Shown here: positions 48,061-61,825 of the stretch, piece by piece | How the letters are laid out: each line of letters starts with the position of its first letter | Position numbering within the stretch: position 1 is the first letter of the stretch | Source: Octopus sinensis | Taxonomy: Eukaryota | Direction: 5' to 3' | Assembly: GCF_006345805.1 (NCBI RefSeq) | Contig: NW_021834240.1 | Coordinates: 7,409-71,408 of the forward strand | Length of the DNA: 64,000 nt | Translations under genes and position numbers: made by a program | The notes under the pieces: generated by a model | The model's input: the letters and a program-made list of their open reading frames with translations, nothing else | Database searches by the model: none | Told to the model about the DNA's origin: nothing

Positions 48061-48427
48061 CTCTTTTACTCTTTTTACTCTTTTACTTGTTTCAGTCATT
48101 TGACTGCGGCCATGCTGGAGCACCGTCTTTAGTCGAGCAAATCGACCCCAGGACTTATTCTTTGTAAGCCCAGTACTTATTTTATCGGTCTCCTTTGCCC
48201 AACCGCTAAGTGACGGGGACGTAACACACCAGCATCGGTTGTCAAGCAATGCTAGGGGGACAAACACAGACACACATATATATATATATACATATATACG
48301 ACAGGCTTCTTTCAGTTTCCGTCTACAAAATCCACTCACAAGGCATTGGTCGGCCCGGGGCTATAGCAGAAGACACTTGCCCAAGGTGCCATGCAGTGGG
48401 ACTGAACCCTGAACCATGTGGTTGGTT
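48061..48427 (-). mobile_element. SINE family A, 5'-truncated
   Basis: Triplicated ctcttttact tail. Confidence 0.85.
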
Positions 48428-48545
48428 GTGACATATCAATAAAAATCTGTAAATATAAAACCATCCAGATTTCTGAGTACCTCATTTCTTCTAATATATA
48501 ATACCTGTACATCACCTCCAAACATTCTAATATATATATATATAT

Positions 48546-49050
48546 CATCATCGTCGTTTAACGTCCGTTCTCCATGCTAGCATGGGTTGGACGGTTCGAC
48601 CGGGGTTCTGGGAAGCCAGAAGGCTGCACAGGCTCCAGTCTAATTTGGCAATGTTTCTACAGCTGGATGCCCTTCCTAACGCCAACCACTCCGTGATGTA
48701 GTGGGTGCTTTTTACGTGCCACCTGCACAGGTGCCAGGCGGGGCTGGAACGTCCACGGTCAGATTGGTGTATTTTATGTGCCACCGCACGGAAGCCAGTC
48801 GAGGCGGTGCTGGCATCGGCCACGAGTCGGATAGTGCTTTTTACGTACCACCAGACCAGGGATCCTGGCTGGTTCAATTCGATTTCGATTTCGCTTGCCC
48901 CAACATGTCTCACAAGCAAAGGGGGTTGGCAAGGGTGCCTGTCGTACGGTCGCATTGGAGTATTTTAACGTGCCCGGCAACGAGTCGGATAGTGCTTTTT
49001 ACGTACCACCAGACCAGGATCCTGGCTGGTTCAATTCGATTTCGATTATA
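48546..49050 (-). mobile_element. Family D copy with internal duplication
   Basis: gagtcggatagtgctttttacgtaccaccagaccagg occurs twice. Confidence 0.75.
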
Positions 49051-49178
49051 TATAATCAAAATAAGCAACAAGGATATCCAAGGTAGTGTAGTACAATCAT
49101 TTCATGCTACTCAATTTAATTTAAACAATGTAAGTATGCCTTAAGTACCATATTCATCTGAATCTAAATTTTGCTGAA

Positions 49179-49224
<46 letters not shown>

Positions 49225-49228
<4 letters not shown>

Positions 49229-49490
49229 CTGAGTGGCTCCTGTACCGGTAGCACATAAGAAGCACCATTTGAACGTGGTGGATGCCAGTGCTGACAGACT
49301 GGCCCCTACGCCAGTGGTACATAAAAAGCACCCATTGGAGTGGTTGGTGTTATGAAGGGCATCCAGCTGTAGAAACATTGCTAGATCAGAATGGAGCCTG
49401 GTGTGGCCTCCTGGCTAGCCAGCCCCAATTCAAACTGTCCAACTCATGCCAGCATGGAAAACAGACATGAAACGATGATGATGATGATAT
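49225..49490 (+). mobile_element. Family D copy, diverged
   Basis: gtacataaaaagcacc...gaaacgatgatgatgat. Confidence 0.7.
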
Positions 49491-49806
49491 ACATATATAT
49501 ATATATATATATGTGTATGTTCTAATTTTTAAAACTTTCTGATATTTGATAAGACGAGATTCATCAAAACTGGTAATATCTTTTTGATACAATTTTTTAA
49601 ATAATGTTTTGAAATTATTTTTATCAAATTCCTTCTGAAATTGAAATGTCTTACACTCCCTTCTGTGCTATTTTCCCCCTCCGTTCTTTATATATATAAA
49701 AATTTGATTTGTATAGATCTCTAATCTTTTATCGGCTATATATAGACATACTAATGCATCTTTTTCCTGACTTATGACCTCTTAGACAACTCACATATAT
49801 ATATAT

Positions 49807-50210
49807 TGCTGTGTGGTAAGTAGCTTGCCTACCAACCACATGGTTCCGGGTTCAGTCCCACTGCGTGGCATCTTCGGCAAGTGTCTTCTGCTATAGCCCC
49901 GGGCGACCAAAGCCTGTGAGTGGATTTGGTAGACGGAAACTGAAAGAAGCCTGTCGTATATATATATGTATATATATATATGTATGTAGTTGGTGTTATG
50001 TTGTGTGTCTGTGTTTGTCCCTCTAGCATTGCTTGACAACCGATGCTGGTGTGTTTTTACGTCCCCGTCACTTAGCGGTTCGGCAAAAGAGACCGATAGA
50101 ATAAGTACTGGGCTTACAAAGAATAAGTCCTGGGGTCAATTTGCTCGACTAAAGGCGGTGCTCCAGCATAGCCGCAGTCAAATGACTGAAACAACTAAAA
50201 GAGTAAAAAA
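49807..50210 (+). mobile_element. SINE family A, near full length
   Basis: gctgtgtggtaagtagc...aaaagagtaaaa. Confidence 0.85.
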
Positions 50211-50228
50211 GTGAGAGTATATATATCC

Positions 50229-50500
50229 TCATCATTATCATCATTTCACGTCCATTGTCCATGATCACATGGGTTGGACAGTTTCACTGGGGCTGGTCAT
50301 GCTGGAAGGCTGCACCAGACTCCAGTCTCATTCGGCATGGTTTTCTACATCTGGATGTCCTTCCTAATGCCAACCACTCTGAGAGTGTAATGGACATTTG
50401 CGCAACACCGGTGTCTGTCACTTGGATGGGTCTTCTTCTCACGCACAACACAATGCCAAAGGTCTTGGTCAGTGCGTCCGTGAGGCCCAACGCTCTAAGG
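50229..50500 (-). mobile_element. RTE LINE 3' end lacking the internal repeats
   Basis: Minus-strand LRALGLTDALTKTFGIVLCVRRRP-like ORF end, followed directly by the family D tail. Confidence 0.6.
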
Positions 50501-50524
50501 GAACTCGGCCACTTTGCCCCCCTA

Positions 50525-50850
50525 TGAAGGTGCATGGCTCAGTGGTTAAAACAGCAGGCTCACAATCATGAGGTAGTGAGTTCAATTCCTGGACCGGGTT
50601 GTGTGTTTGTGTTCTTGAGCAAGACTCTTTATTTCACGTTGCTCCAGTTCACTCAGTTATAGAAATGGGTTGCAATGTCAATGGTGCCAAGCTGTATCGG
50701 CCCCTTTGCTTTTCCCTTGGATAACATCAGTGGCAGGGAGTGGGGGGTTGGTATGCATGGACGACTGCTGGTCTTCCCTAAAACAACCAAATTTGTGCCT
50801 CAGAGGGGGACTTCCTAGGTGCAATCATTTGGTCATTCATGACTGAAGGG
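50525..50850 (+). mobile_element. SINE family B, full length, first tail type
   Basis: Colinear with 31-373. Confidence 0.85.
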
Positions 50851-50897
50851 ACTCCTTTGTCTCTCTCTAAATATATATGTGAGTGTGTTTATATATA

Positions 50898-51182
50898 TCA
50901 TCATCATCGTTTAACATCCATTTTCCATGCTAGCATGGGTTGGATGGTTCAACTGGGGTCTGTGAAGCCAGAAGGCTGCACCAGGCCCAGTCTGATCTGG
51001 CAGTGTTTCTACAGCTGGATGCCCTTCCTAACGCCAACCACTCCGTGAGTGTAGTGGGTGCTTTTTATGTGCCAGACGGAGCTAACGGCCACGGACGAAT
51101 GGTGCTTTTTACGTGCCACCGGCACGGGGGCCAGGCGGGGCTGGCAACGGCCACGAATGGATGGTGCTTTTTACGGGCCACC
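50898..51182 (-). mobile_element. Family D copy, three motifs
   Basis: (CAT)n plus conserved blocks. Confidence 0.75.
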
Positions 51183-51300
51183 ATATATATATATATATAT
51201 GTATATACACACATACATGCAGTTTCTATCTACCAATTCCAGTTTCTATACAATTTCTGAATACCAAATTCTGTTCATATATGTAATATATATAGATACA

Positions 51301-51331
<31 letters not shown>

Positions 51332-51339
51332 GTGTGTGT

Positions 51340-51550
51340 GCCTATATGTTTGTCGCCCGACCATCACTTGACAACCGATGTTGGTATGTTTACATCCTTG
51401 TACCTTAGCAGTTCGTCAAAACAGACTGACAGAATAAGTACTCCTAGGCTTACAAAGAATAAGTCCCGGGGTTGATTTGCTCGACTAAAAGGCGGTGCTC
51501 CAGCATGGCCACAGTCAAATGACTGAAACAAGTATAAAAGAGTAAAAGAG
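51340..51550 (+). mobile_element. SINE A 3' half
   Basis: Block matches. Confidence 0.8.
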
Positions 51551-51850
51551 AGACACACTCACACACACACCCGTACATATTTACATAAGTGTGCACACCT
51601 ACACACACTGTGCTTACCTGGGGATGAAGTGGGGAGGAATAGAAGAATGCCAGCACAGGTAATATATATATATATATATATATATAAGATGAGGTGGTGG
51701 TGGAAGAGGAGAGTAAGCGTATGTAGGAACATATATGTATGTGTGTATATATTTATGCAAACACACACACACACTCATACACAGGAGAGGAGATGGAGTG
51801 GGAGGGGGCTGAAGGTCAAGTAGAATTACTGAGGCAGGAAATAATTCTTA

Positions 51851-51859
<9 letters not shown>

Positions 51860-51909
<50 letters not shown>

Positions 51910-52562
51910 ATACACACACACACACCAATCTCTAGCATGTGGTTTTGGGGAGATATAAGTAGGCTGGAATATCTCTATACACATACTGTGTATATATATA
52001 TATATATGTGTGTATGTGTGTGTGTGTATATACATACATATATATATACATACACATATACTTACATATACACCCATACATATACACACACATATACATA
52101 CACAAATATATACACATACACACATACATATACACACACATATACATACACAAATATATACACATACACACATACATATACACACACATACACAAATATA
52201 TACACATACACACACATATATACACATACACACATACATATATACACACATACATATGCACATACATTTATACACATACATATATATACATATGCACATA
52301 CACACATTTATAAACATACATACACATATATACATACACACATACACATATATATATAAACATACATACACATATATATATAAACATACATACACATATA
52401 TATATAAACATACATACATACACATATATACATACACACATACATACATATATACATACACACATACATACATATATACATACACACATACATACATATA
52501 TACATACACACATACATACATATATATATATATACATACACACATAGAGAGAGAGAGAGAGA
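51860..52562. repeat. Compound (TACA)/(CATA) microsatellite
   Basis: Seen directly. Confidence 0.95.
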
Positions 52563-52850
52563 TATACAGGTGCAGGCAATGACTTCAAGAGAAATTTAGC
52601 AAGGTGGAAGAACACTGCCTGCAGGGGCACCCTGCCCCCAGATGAGAAGAGGCAGGAGGTCGGATTCTCAAAATTCAAGGGGCAGATCAGCTCCTTCAGC
52701 AGGGCCCCCCCACTAAAGATCCCCCTCCACTTCTAATCTACTGCCTGAGACCCTCTTGCCTCCGGAAAAGCTGGCAAAGAAAGAAATTAATGAGAGTTAG
52801 AAGTTTTACAACCTCTAAATTAGAAAAAAAAAAGGGACTCTGTGTCCCCT

Positions 52851-53232
52851 AGGCACAGGAGTGGCTGTGTGGTAAGTAGCTTGTTTACCAACCACATGGT
52901 TCCGGGTTCAGTCCCACTGCATGGCACCTTGGGCAAGTGTCTTCTACTATAGCCTCGGGCCGACCAAAGCCTTGTGAGTGGATTTGGTAGACGGAAACTG
53001 AAAGAAGCCCGTCGTATATATGTGTGTTTGTGTGTCTGTGTTTGTCCCCCTAGCATTGCTTGACAACCGATGCTGGTGTGTTTACGTCCCCGTCACTTAG
53101 CGGTTCGGCAAAAAGAGACCGATAGAATAAGTACTGGGCTTACAAAAAAGAATAAGTCCCGGGGTCGATTTGCTCGACTAAAGGCGGTGCTCCAGCATGG
53201 CCGCAGTCAAATGACTGAAAAGAGTAAAAGAG
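52851..53232 (+). mobile_element. SINE family A, full length, followed by a long (TG)n
   Basis: Head aggcacaggagtggctgtgtgg. Confidence 0.9.
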
Positions 53233-53238
53233 AGAGAG

Positions 53239-53318
<80 letters not shown>

Positions 53319-53449
53319 GTTTGTACAAAATGAAATGAGAAACAGGAAGCAGAATCCAAGATGTGGAGCAGAATATATTAAAAATGGGGGAAACCCGGTT
53401 TATGAGATTACGTTAGGTTTCCTGTCCATAAAGGGTTTCGTTGTGTTTG

Positions 53450-54063
53450 TGTGGCTGTGTGGTAAGAAGCTTGTTTACCAACCACATGGTTCCTGGTTCA
53501 GTCCCACTGCGTGGCACCTTGGGCAAGTGTCTTCAACTGGGGCCAACCAATGTCTTCTGAATGGATTTGATAGACGGAAACTGAAAGAAGCCCATATGTT
53601 TGTGTGTGTGTGTGTGTGTATCTGTCTCCCCACCATCGCTTGACAACTGATGCTGGTGTGTTTACGTCGCTGTAACCGAGTGGTTCAGCAAAAGAGACCG
53701 ATAGAACAAGTACAGGGCTTACAAAGAGTAAGTCCTGGGGTTGATTTGCTCGACTAAAGGCGGTGCTCCAGCATGGCCACAGTCAAATGACTGAAACAGG
53801 ACCGCCATATATGTGTGTGTGTGTGTGTGTGCGTGAGTGCGTGTATACGTATCTGTGTGCTTTTGTGTCTATCACCCCCACCATTGCCTGACAACTGATG
53901 TTGGTGTGTTTATGTTCCCATAACTTAGCACTTCAGCAAAAGAGACCGATATAATATGTAATAAGCTGAATATGTCTTGGGGTCAATTCGTTTGACTAAA
54001 ACCCTTGAAGGTGGTGCTCCAGTATGGCTGCACTTAAATGACTGAAACAAGTAAAAGAATAAA
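53450..54063 (+). mobile_element. SINE A (53450-53800) plus a further A 3' half (53860-54063)
   Basis: Block matches. Confidence 0.8.
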
Positions 54064-54149
54064 AGTATGTGTGTATATATATATACACACACTCACACAT
54101 ACTGTGTATATTTATGTGTGAGTATATATATATATGCATACATATATAA

Positions 54150-54378
54150 AGTTAATCCAAAGATGAAAACACAAAGAGAAAACACAACAACGCAAGGACG
54201 TGGAACAAGTATAATATTATTGGACTCTCAGGAAAGAAGGAGGGTTTAACGTTTCAAGCGGAGCTCTTCGTCGGAAACATAGGAAAAGGAAAGATCCAGA
54301 GAAGGGAAGACAGAGGAAAAAAAAAAAAAAAATCGACAACAGTACACACGCGGCACATTTTGAATGACCGGAAGGGAA
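54150..54378 (-). mobile_element. Family P1 copy 3, hammerhead-like motif at 54244-54278
   Basis: Homologous to 12155-12415. Confidence 0.6.
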
Positions 54379-54989
54379 TATATATATATATATATATATT
54401 TGGGGAAAATTCTTGTAGAATGCTATGCAAAGCTCATCCACATTTACTGGCAACCTGATGTCATCATAATACAGTGGACATGTCCCTGCTAGTGGATATC
54501 AAGAATTCTACAGTTTCTGTTGATTTTATATAAACAATAAGAGATGGAATGAGCGACATTCTTTATTTAAAACTCTCTACAACCGTTTCAACCTTACAGT
54601 TTGGACTTATTCAAACAATCACCTGAGAAGGTGCATTTTACACATTAGACGGATGGTAATGATTACACAACATCGTACTGCTGGTGTAGAAAGGTGTAGA
54701 AACAATTGTTGGGATTTTGAATAAGTGATGTATTTCGCTATCATTCATTTAGCTATTTGTCATCCTCATGTCCACTTTTCTATGCTGGCATGGGTCAGAC
54801 GAGGTTATTGAGACAGGGTTTCTACGGATGAATGCCCTTCCTGTCACCAAACCTCACCTGTTTCCAAGCAAGGTAATATCTTCCCATGGAAGACTGGAAA
54901 CAGGACAGCATTTGCAGGATTGTGATACTTGCTTACAGCTTTTACACAATATCTCAACAAATAGACACTGACACATATACGACAGGCTT

Positions 54990-55183
54990 ACTCTTTTACT
55001 TGTTTCAGTCATTTGACTGCGGCCATGCTGGAGCACCGCCTGTAGTCGAGCAAATTGACCCCGGGACTTATTCTTTGTAAGCCCAGTACTTATTCTATCG
55101 GTCTCTTTTGCCCAACTGCTAAGTGACGGGGACGTAAACACACCAGCATCGGTTGTCAAGCAATGCTAGGGCGACAAACACAG

Positions 55184-55214
<31 letters not shown>

Positions 55215-55365
55215 CGACAGGCTTCTTTCAGTTTCTGTCTACCAAATCCACTCACGTGGCTTTGGTCAGCCCAAGGTTATAATACAAGACACTTGCCGAA
55301 GATGCCACGCAGTGGAACTGAACCCGCAACCATGTGGTTGGTTAGCAAGCTACTTACCACATAGC
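54990..55365 (-). mobile_element. SINE family A, full length
   Basis: All blocks present. Confidence 0.85.
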
Positions 55366-55904
55366 ACTTTCCCTATACTAAATCCACTGACAGAGATTTT
55401 GGCTGGCCCAGGACTATAGAAGACACTGGCTTAAAGTGCTATGCTGTGGGATTGAACCCAGAACCACAGAGTTGAGAAGCAAACTGCTCAGCACACAACC
55501 ACACCAGCATGTAGGTACTGACACACACATGACTATGCTCCACTGAAGAGGTCGAATAAAACAGAAACATGTCAATCACAATCACTTACACCACCAGATA
55601 CACTACAAACTCTATGGTCTACACCCTGTAGTCCATTTCAATCGTCTGAGTTCATCAGAGTAATTTCCCTTGAGATATCGTTTTTTTCCATTTTTAACAC
55701 TCCGAGAGGGAGTATCATTTTAGTAATTGCAATGATAGACCCAGTTAATCTTAGTTCTTCAGTTCACTATACGTGTGAACCCAACTGATGGCGTGTATTA
55801 CACACACACACACTGGTGTTTTAGCTTTAGACAATGACGATAGACAATCCAGCCGTGACTATCTAATAAGTCTCTGCTTGCCTCAAAGACACACGAGATC
55901 TGAT

Positions 55905-56129
55905 ACCTATTTCTTTATTACCCACAAGGGGCTAAACACAGAGGGGACAAACAAGAACAGACAAACGGATTAAGTTGATTATATCGACCCCCAATGCGTA
56001 ACTGGTACTTATTTAATCGACCCCGAAAGGATGAAAGGCAAAGTCGACCTCGGCGGAATTTGAACTCAGAACGTAATGGCAAAGGAAATACGGCTACGCA
56101 ATTCGTCCGACGTGCTAACGTTTCTGCCA
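55905..56129 (-). mobile_element. SINE family C, full length
   Basis: cctatttctttattacccacaagg...gacgtgctaacgtttctgccagc. Confidence 0.85.
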
Positions 56130-56529
56130 GCAATGCATGCACTCTGCATCAGTGAAAGAGATATTAGCTGCTACTTCTAGCAAAATATAAGGCCATCGTA
56201 GAGACGACTCGCGCCATTATCTCATCTCTGGTGAAATATTGTTCGACTTCAGGTCGGTCCTGATTCAGCAGACCTTACGAGACAAAGAGTCCATTCGTGA
56301 CTGACACCTCCGAGTGTGTATAGGATTTGTAGATGATACAAAAGGGATTAGTTGAGGAAGACGGATTTGGCTGTTGTTTGGAGCAGATCAAACGAGCACG
56401 TCGAAGGTCGCCTACTGGCTGGCCTGTGTGTGTGTGTGTGTGTGTGTTGGAGGTTGGCAGGTATGTAGACGCATACTTAAACGCGGGAAAAGCAGGATCC
56501 GACAGGGTTTTGGATATATAGGCTCTATG

Positions 56530-56695
56530 TGTGTAGAAACACCTACACGTATACATAAATATACACACACACATATATATATATATGTATATATATATAT
56601 ACAACCACATATAAACACACACACTAATATATATAGAGAGAGAGACATATACACAGCCACACACAAACATATATACATATATATACATACGCTGT

Positions 56696-56730
<35 letters not shown>

Positions 56731-57739
56731 ATGACAGCAAACGAAATAGAAAAGAAACGTGCTAACACAGACATATATACACACATTAATACAGATATAT
56801 ATATACACACACATATTTAAATATATATATATCTGGTTTCCTGTTCTATTTATGAGGATTATATTTAGCTGGCGACAATAAATTAACGTGTGTGTATATG
56901 TGTATGTATGTATACACATACAGATAGATACATGCTTGTATGAAACGGGGTATTTGGGGGATGTCGAAGCGAATGAAAGGAAGTTAGACGTGTAGAAACA
57001 AGTGCATGTAGAATAATGAAATATACATGCGTGTATATGTGTGTGTACGGACGGACGGACGGAGTATACACGTCAACTACCACGTACATAGGTGTATATA
57101 CACATATAAAGGTCTATACAGTTTATATAGATATATAAAATACACATCTGTTTATCACTAAGACACACGTACGTGTGTAAGTGTATATATATACACACAC
57201 ATATATACATACATACAAATATATATACATACATACACATATATACATACATACACACACACATATATACATGCATACATATACATACATACACACACAC
57301 ATATATACATACACACACACAAACACACATATATACATACACACACAAATATACATACACACAAATATATACATACACACACATATATATATACATACAC
57401 ACACACATATATATATATACATACATAGATCCATACAGGCAGGTGCGTGCATGTTCCTCTTAGTTATACACACCGAGGAGCGTATATATATATATATACT
57501 GTAATTTTACCTATATATAACAAGATGAGAATTATATAGATTACAAACACAGATATATAACATATATATATATATATATACACACACAGTGCCATGTCAG
57601 GGTGACTGTAAGCGGTATGTTTGCGTGTAGCTATGTAGACAGTCCCTATACACTCACTCGGTGTGCGTATATACATATGGATCTATGCACGTATACATAC
57701 ACGCACATATATACACGTGATCATGTTGCATGCCAAATG

Positions 57740-57783
<44 letters not shown>

Positions 57784-57850
57784 GATTTATGAAGCTACCT
57801 ACTCAGGTTATGTGTAGGTGTATATAGTGTTGTCACATACAATATCTAGA

Positions 57851-57892
<42 letters not shown>

Positions 57893-58099
57893 GTTACATA
57901 ATATATATAGATATGCACACATATCTGTAGGTATATATAGATATGTGTGTGTGTATGTGTGTGTATATTATGTATATATAAAGAAATTGTGCGCGAATAA
58001 ACATCTACGACAAAGATGAATTTAGAGACATATAAGTGAGTGTATATATACATACATTCATATATATATATATATACATACATACACATATATACACAC

Positions 58100-58142
<43 letters not shown>

Positions 58143-58831
58143 CATATACACACACATATATACATACATATATATACATACATACACATACATATATATA
58201 CATACATACATATATATACATACATACATATATATACATACATACATATATATACATATATATATATATATACATACACACACAGTATGCAACACAGCAT
58301 CCAGCGTGTGTATGTATGTATACGACTATATACATTCATGTATGAGAATGTATATATGTGTTGTGTAGTCCTTGTCATCACCTGTAAACTACTACAATTT
58401 ACCAAGGCTTATGTGTATATATATATGTATATATAAATATATATATATATACATGTTATACGAACACACACATCCATGTATATATAGTAATTGTACATAG
58501 TAATTTATCACAAATCTGCGTGTATATTTCTATATACACACAAAGTACTACGATTGTATACTACTATAAATACAACACACACAACAAACAGGTATATATA
58601 CCCAAATATACAGATCCATTATATACACACATACATCCATATATGCTTGTGTATATATATATACACATGATGATTTATATATATATATATATAACATGTT
58701 ATATATATGTATATATATATATATAACATGATGTTATATATATATATATATACACATATGATGTTTTATATATATATATATATATACATATGATGTTTTA
58801 TATATATATATATATATACACACACATGATG

Positions 58832-58870
<39 letters not shown>

Positions 58871-59660
58871 GTGTGTATATATATGTATATATATAGACAT
58901 TATTATGACACAATATTTACAGTAGAGGTCGAATGGTATTGATGTAATATCCATCATGTGTATATATATATATACATACATGTACATATGTATACACATA
59001 CATGGCTATGTATACCTAAATATCTGATATGTGTATGTGTGGGTGTATATATATTCATACACAAATACACACACATACATATATATATATGAGAATATTA
59101 ATATACATACCTACATGTGTGTGTATATATCCACAGGTATTTGTACATTTCAATACACACACATTACATTAACACACTATGTGTGTGTGTGTATAGACAT
59201 ATATATATATATACACACATAAATACACTATATACACATATATACACATATATACACATATACACTATATACACATATATACACACTATATACACATATA
59301 CACTATATACACATATACACACATATATACACTATATACACATATACACACTATATACACATATATACACTATATACACATATATACACTATATACACAT
59401 ATAAACATTATATACACATATACACTATACATATACACATATAAGAACTATATCCACATATAAACATATATATACGCACGCATGTATGTATAATTAGTGA
59501 AACAGTAAGGTGTGTAGAATGTCAACACTTACCTGTTGTATAAATGACTCCACAATTTAATTCATCATACATATACATACATCTAACTATATGTATGTGT
59601 ATATATATATATATATAGTGCGTGCGTGTGTATATATTTGTGTATATTTGTGTATATACA
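56530..59660. repeat. Extended (TA)/(CA)/(TATG) microsatellite-dominated region
   Basis: Seen directly. Confidence 0.9.
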
Positions 59661-59689
59661 CACAGTAGGCTCTTAAAGCCGAGATAGGT

Positions 59690-60725
59690 GAAAGGAGCGA
59701 AAGAGGAGAGAAGGGGAGGAAAGGAAATAAAGAGAGAGTAGGAGGCAAGGAGAGTCGTGGGAGGCGTGGTTGAATGATAAAGTAATGTGGAAAGAGAGAG
59801 GGTGTAGAGAAGCGAGAGTAAGAGAGAGAGAGGGTGTTAAGGAAAAGAGGGAGTGATTAAGTAATAGAGTAATGTGCAAAGAGAGAGGGTGTAGAGAAGC
59901 GAGAGTAAGAGAGAGAGAGGGTGTTAAAGAAAGAGAGGGAGTGATTAAGTAACAGAGTAATGTGGAAAGAGAGAGGGTGTAGAGAAGCGGGAGTAAGAAA
60001 GAAAGAGGGTGTTAAGGAAAGAGAGGGTGTGATGGAATGATAAAGTAATGTGGAAAGAGAGAGGGTGTAGAGAAGCGAGAGTAAGAAAGAAAGAGGGTGT
60101 TAAGGAAAGAGAGGGTGTGAAGGAGCAAGGGTAAGAAACATAGAGAGGGAAAATGCTGAACGTGAAAGAGTGGTGGGAGGTAATGATAGAGAGAGGGTTG
60201 TTATAAAGTAGTGGTGGTGGGAGAAAGGTAAAGAGAAAGAAAGAGAGGGTAGTTGTTGCGTGACGGTGAAAGAGTGAGGGGTGGAGGAAAATTTAGATGG
60301 TAAGAGAGTGCTTAACAGGGGGATCAAAGGGGAGGAAGGAGATAGAGAGAGAGAGATATTTCAAGAGAGAGGGGTAAAAAAAAACAGCAGCCACTGAAAA
60401 GAAAAGAGGAGAGAAAGAGAAAGGGAAATCTGAGGTAAACGAGTAAAGAGACTGAGAGAGGGAAAATAGAGAGTATAAAAGATAAGAGGACGAAGATGAG
60501 AGGAGGAAGGAGGGTGATACACTGATTGAATGAATGAAAGACAGAGAGAGAGACAGAGCGAACGAATAAAGCAAAATGGGAGGGAAAGGACGAGGAATGA
60601 GAAGTGAGAGAGTGTAAATTAATGAGAGAGTGACAGTGAGGAAAAGAAAGAGGGATTTATATAGGAAACTAATGAGGGGGGAAACATAGATAGAATGGAA
60701 GAAAGATAAAGTGGCAGGAAGAGAA
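59690..60725 (+). repeat. Polypurine (GA-rich) tract including four ~87-bp tandem units (59789-60120)
   Basis: gtgtagagaagcg recurs with a period of about 87-88. Confidence 0.85.
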
Positions 60726-60904
60726 AGCATAAACTAGTACTGGACGGGGAGGTGGACTTGAAGGAAGCCAGACGATACACAGAAGCTGGTGTATATATAT
60801 ATGTGTTTATATTTATGTGTGTATATATGCATTTATACATATAAGTCGTATATAAATGTAGTTATGCCAATGTATGTATATATACGCATGTAATTTATTG
60901 AAAA

Positions 60905-61135
60905 CTCAAGCTTCGCAGGCCGCCGTTACTCCGAGTTTCTCCGAGTTTCTCCGGGTTTTTTTAAAATTCTGGTTGCACGGTCTGCTGGCGGGGAGGGGGG
61001 GGTCTGTTCAGGCTGGTTGGCCGGTTGGTCGGTTGGTTCGGTAGGTCGCTGCACCGTTTGTCGGTTGGTGGAGCAGCCAAGGCGGCTGACTGACTTGGCA
61101 GGTTGGCCGGTTCGTCGGCAGGTGCCACGCTCCCC
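60905..61135. promoter_or_regulatory. CpG-rich island, candidate promoter or first-exon region
   Basis: Dense CpG in a CpG-poor window; triple ctccg(a/g)gttt; not part of any repeat family seen here. Confidence 0.35.
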
Positions 61136-61825
61136 CTCCCTCTCTCTCTCCATCACACTCTCACTTTCCCTCCCTTTTTCTCTTCATCACTTCCTCACTC
61201 TCTCTCCTTTCCTCTCCCTCGTTCTCTCCTTTCAGTTAGTTTCTCTCACGCACTCTCTCTCTTTCCATCACTTCCTCACTCTCTCTCTCTTTTACTCTCC
61301 TCTCTTTCATTCTCTCTTTCGTTCTCTCCTTTCTGTTACTCACTTTCTCTCTCGCACTCTCCCTCTCTCTCCATCACTCCCTCACGCTCTCTCCTTTCCT
61401 CTCCCTCATTCTCTCTTTCGTTCTCTCCTTTCTATTACTCACGCACTCTCCCTCTCTCTCTCTCCATCACACTCTCACTCTCTCTCCCTTTTTCTCCCCA
61501 TCACTCCCTCACTATCTCTCCTTAACTCTCTTTTCCTCTCCCTCATTCTATCTTTCTTTCCCCCCTTTCTATTACTCACTTTCTCTCACGCACTCTCCCT
61601 CTCTCTCTCCATCACTTCCTCACTCTCTCTCTCCTTCATTCTCTCTTTCGTTCTCTCCTTTCTATTACTCTCTCTCTCTCTCCTCTCCATCACACTCTCA
61701 CTCTCTCTCCTTTACTCTCCTTCATTCTCTCTTTCGTTCTCTCCTTTCTATTACTCACTCTCTCTCACTATCTCCCTCCCCATCACTCTTTTTCTTTCAC
61801 TCAATTTCTTACTCTCCCCCCCCCC
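61135..61825 (+). repeat. Polypyrimidine (CT-rich) tract with recurrent ctctctttcgttctctccttt motif
   Basis: Seen directly. Confidence 0.85.

Noticed and set aside
52568-52740. GC-rich stretch with a ~55-codon open frame
   Set aside because: No recognisable motif; could be an old TE fragment.
55538-55580. CTGAAGA...GAAAC-at-GTC hammerhead-like string
   Set aside because: Stem I and stem II do not pair; at best a heavily decayed relic.
55620-55660. Minus-strand CTGATGA...GAAA string
   Set aside because: No stem I or stem III; likely chance.
1535-59404. Numerous long YI/HT/CV-rich ORFs (e.g. 25901-26572, 40846-41571, 51826-52545)
   Set aside because: They are translations of (TA)/(CA)/(TG) microsatellites.
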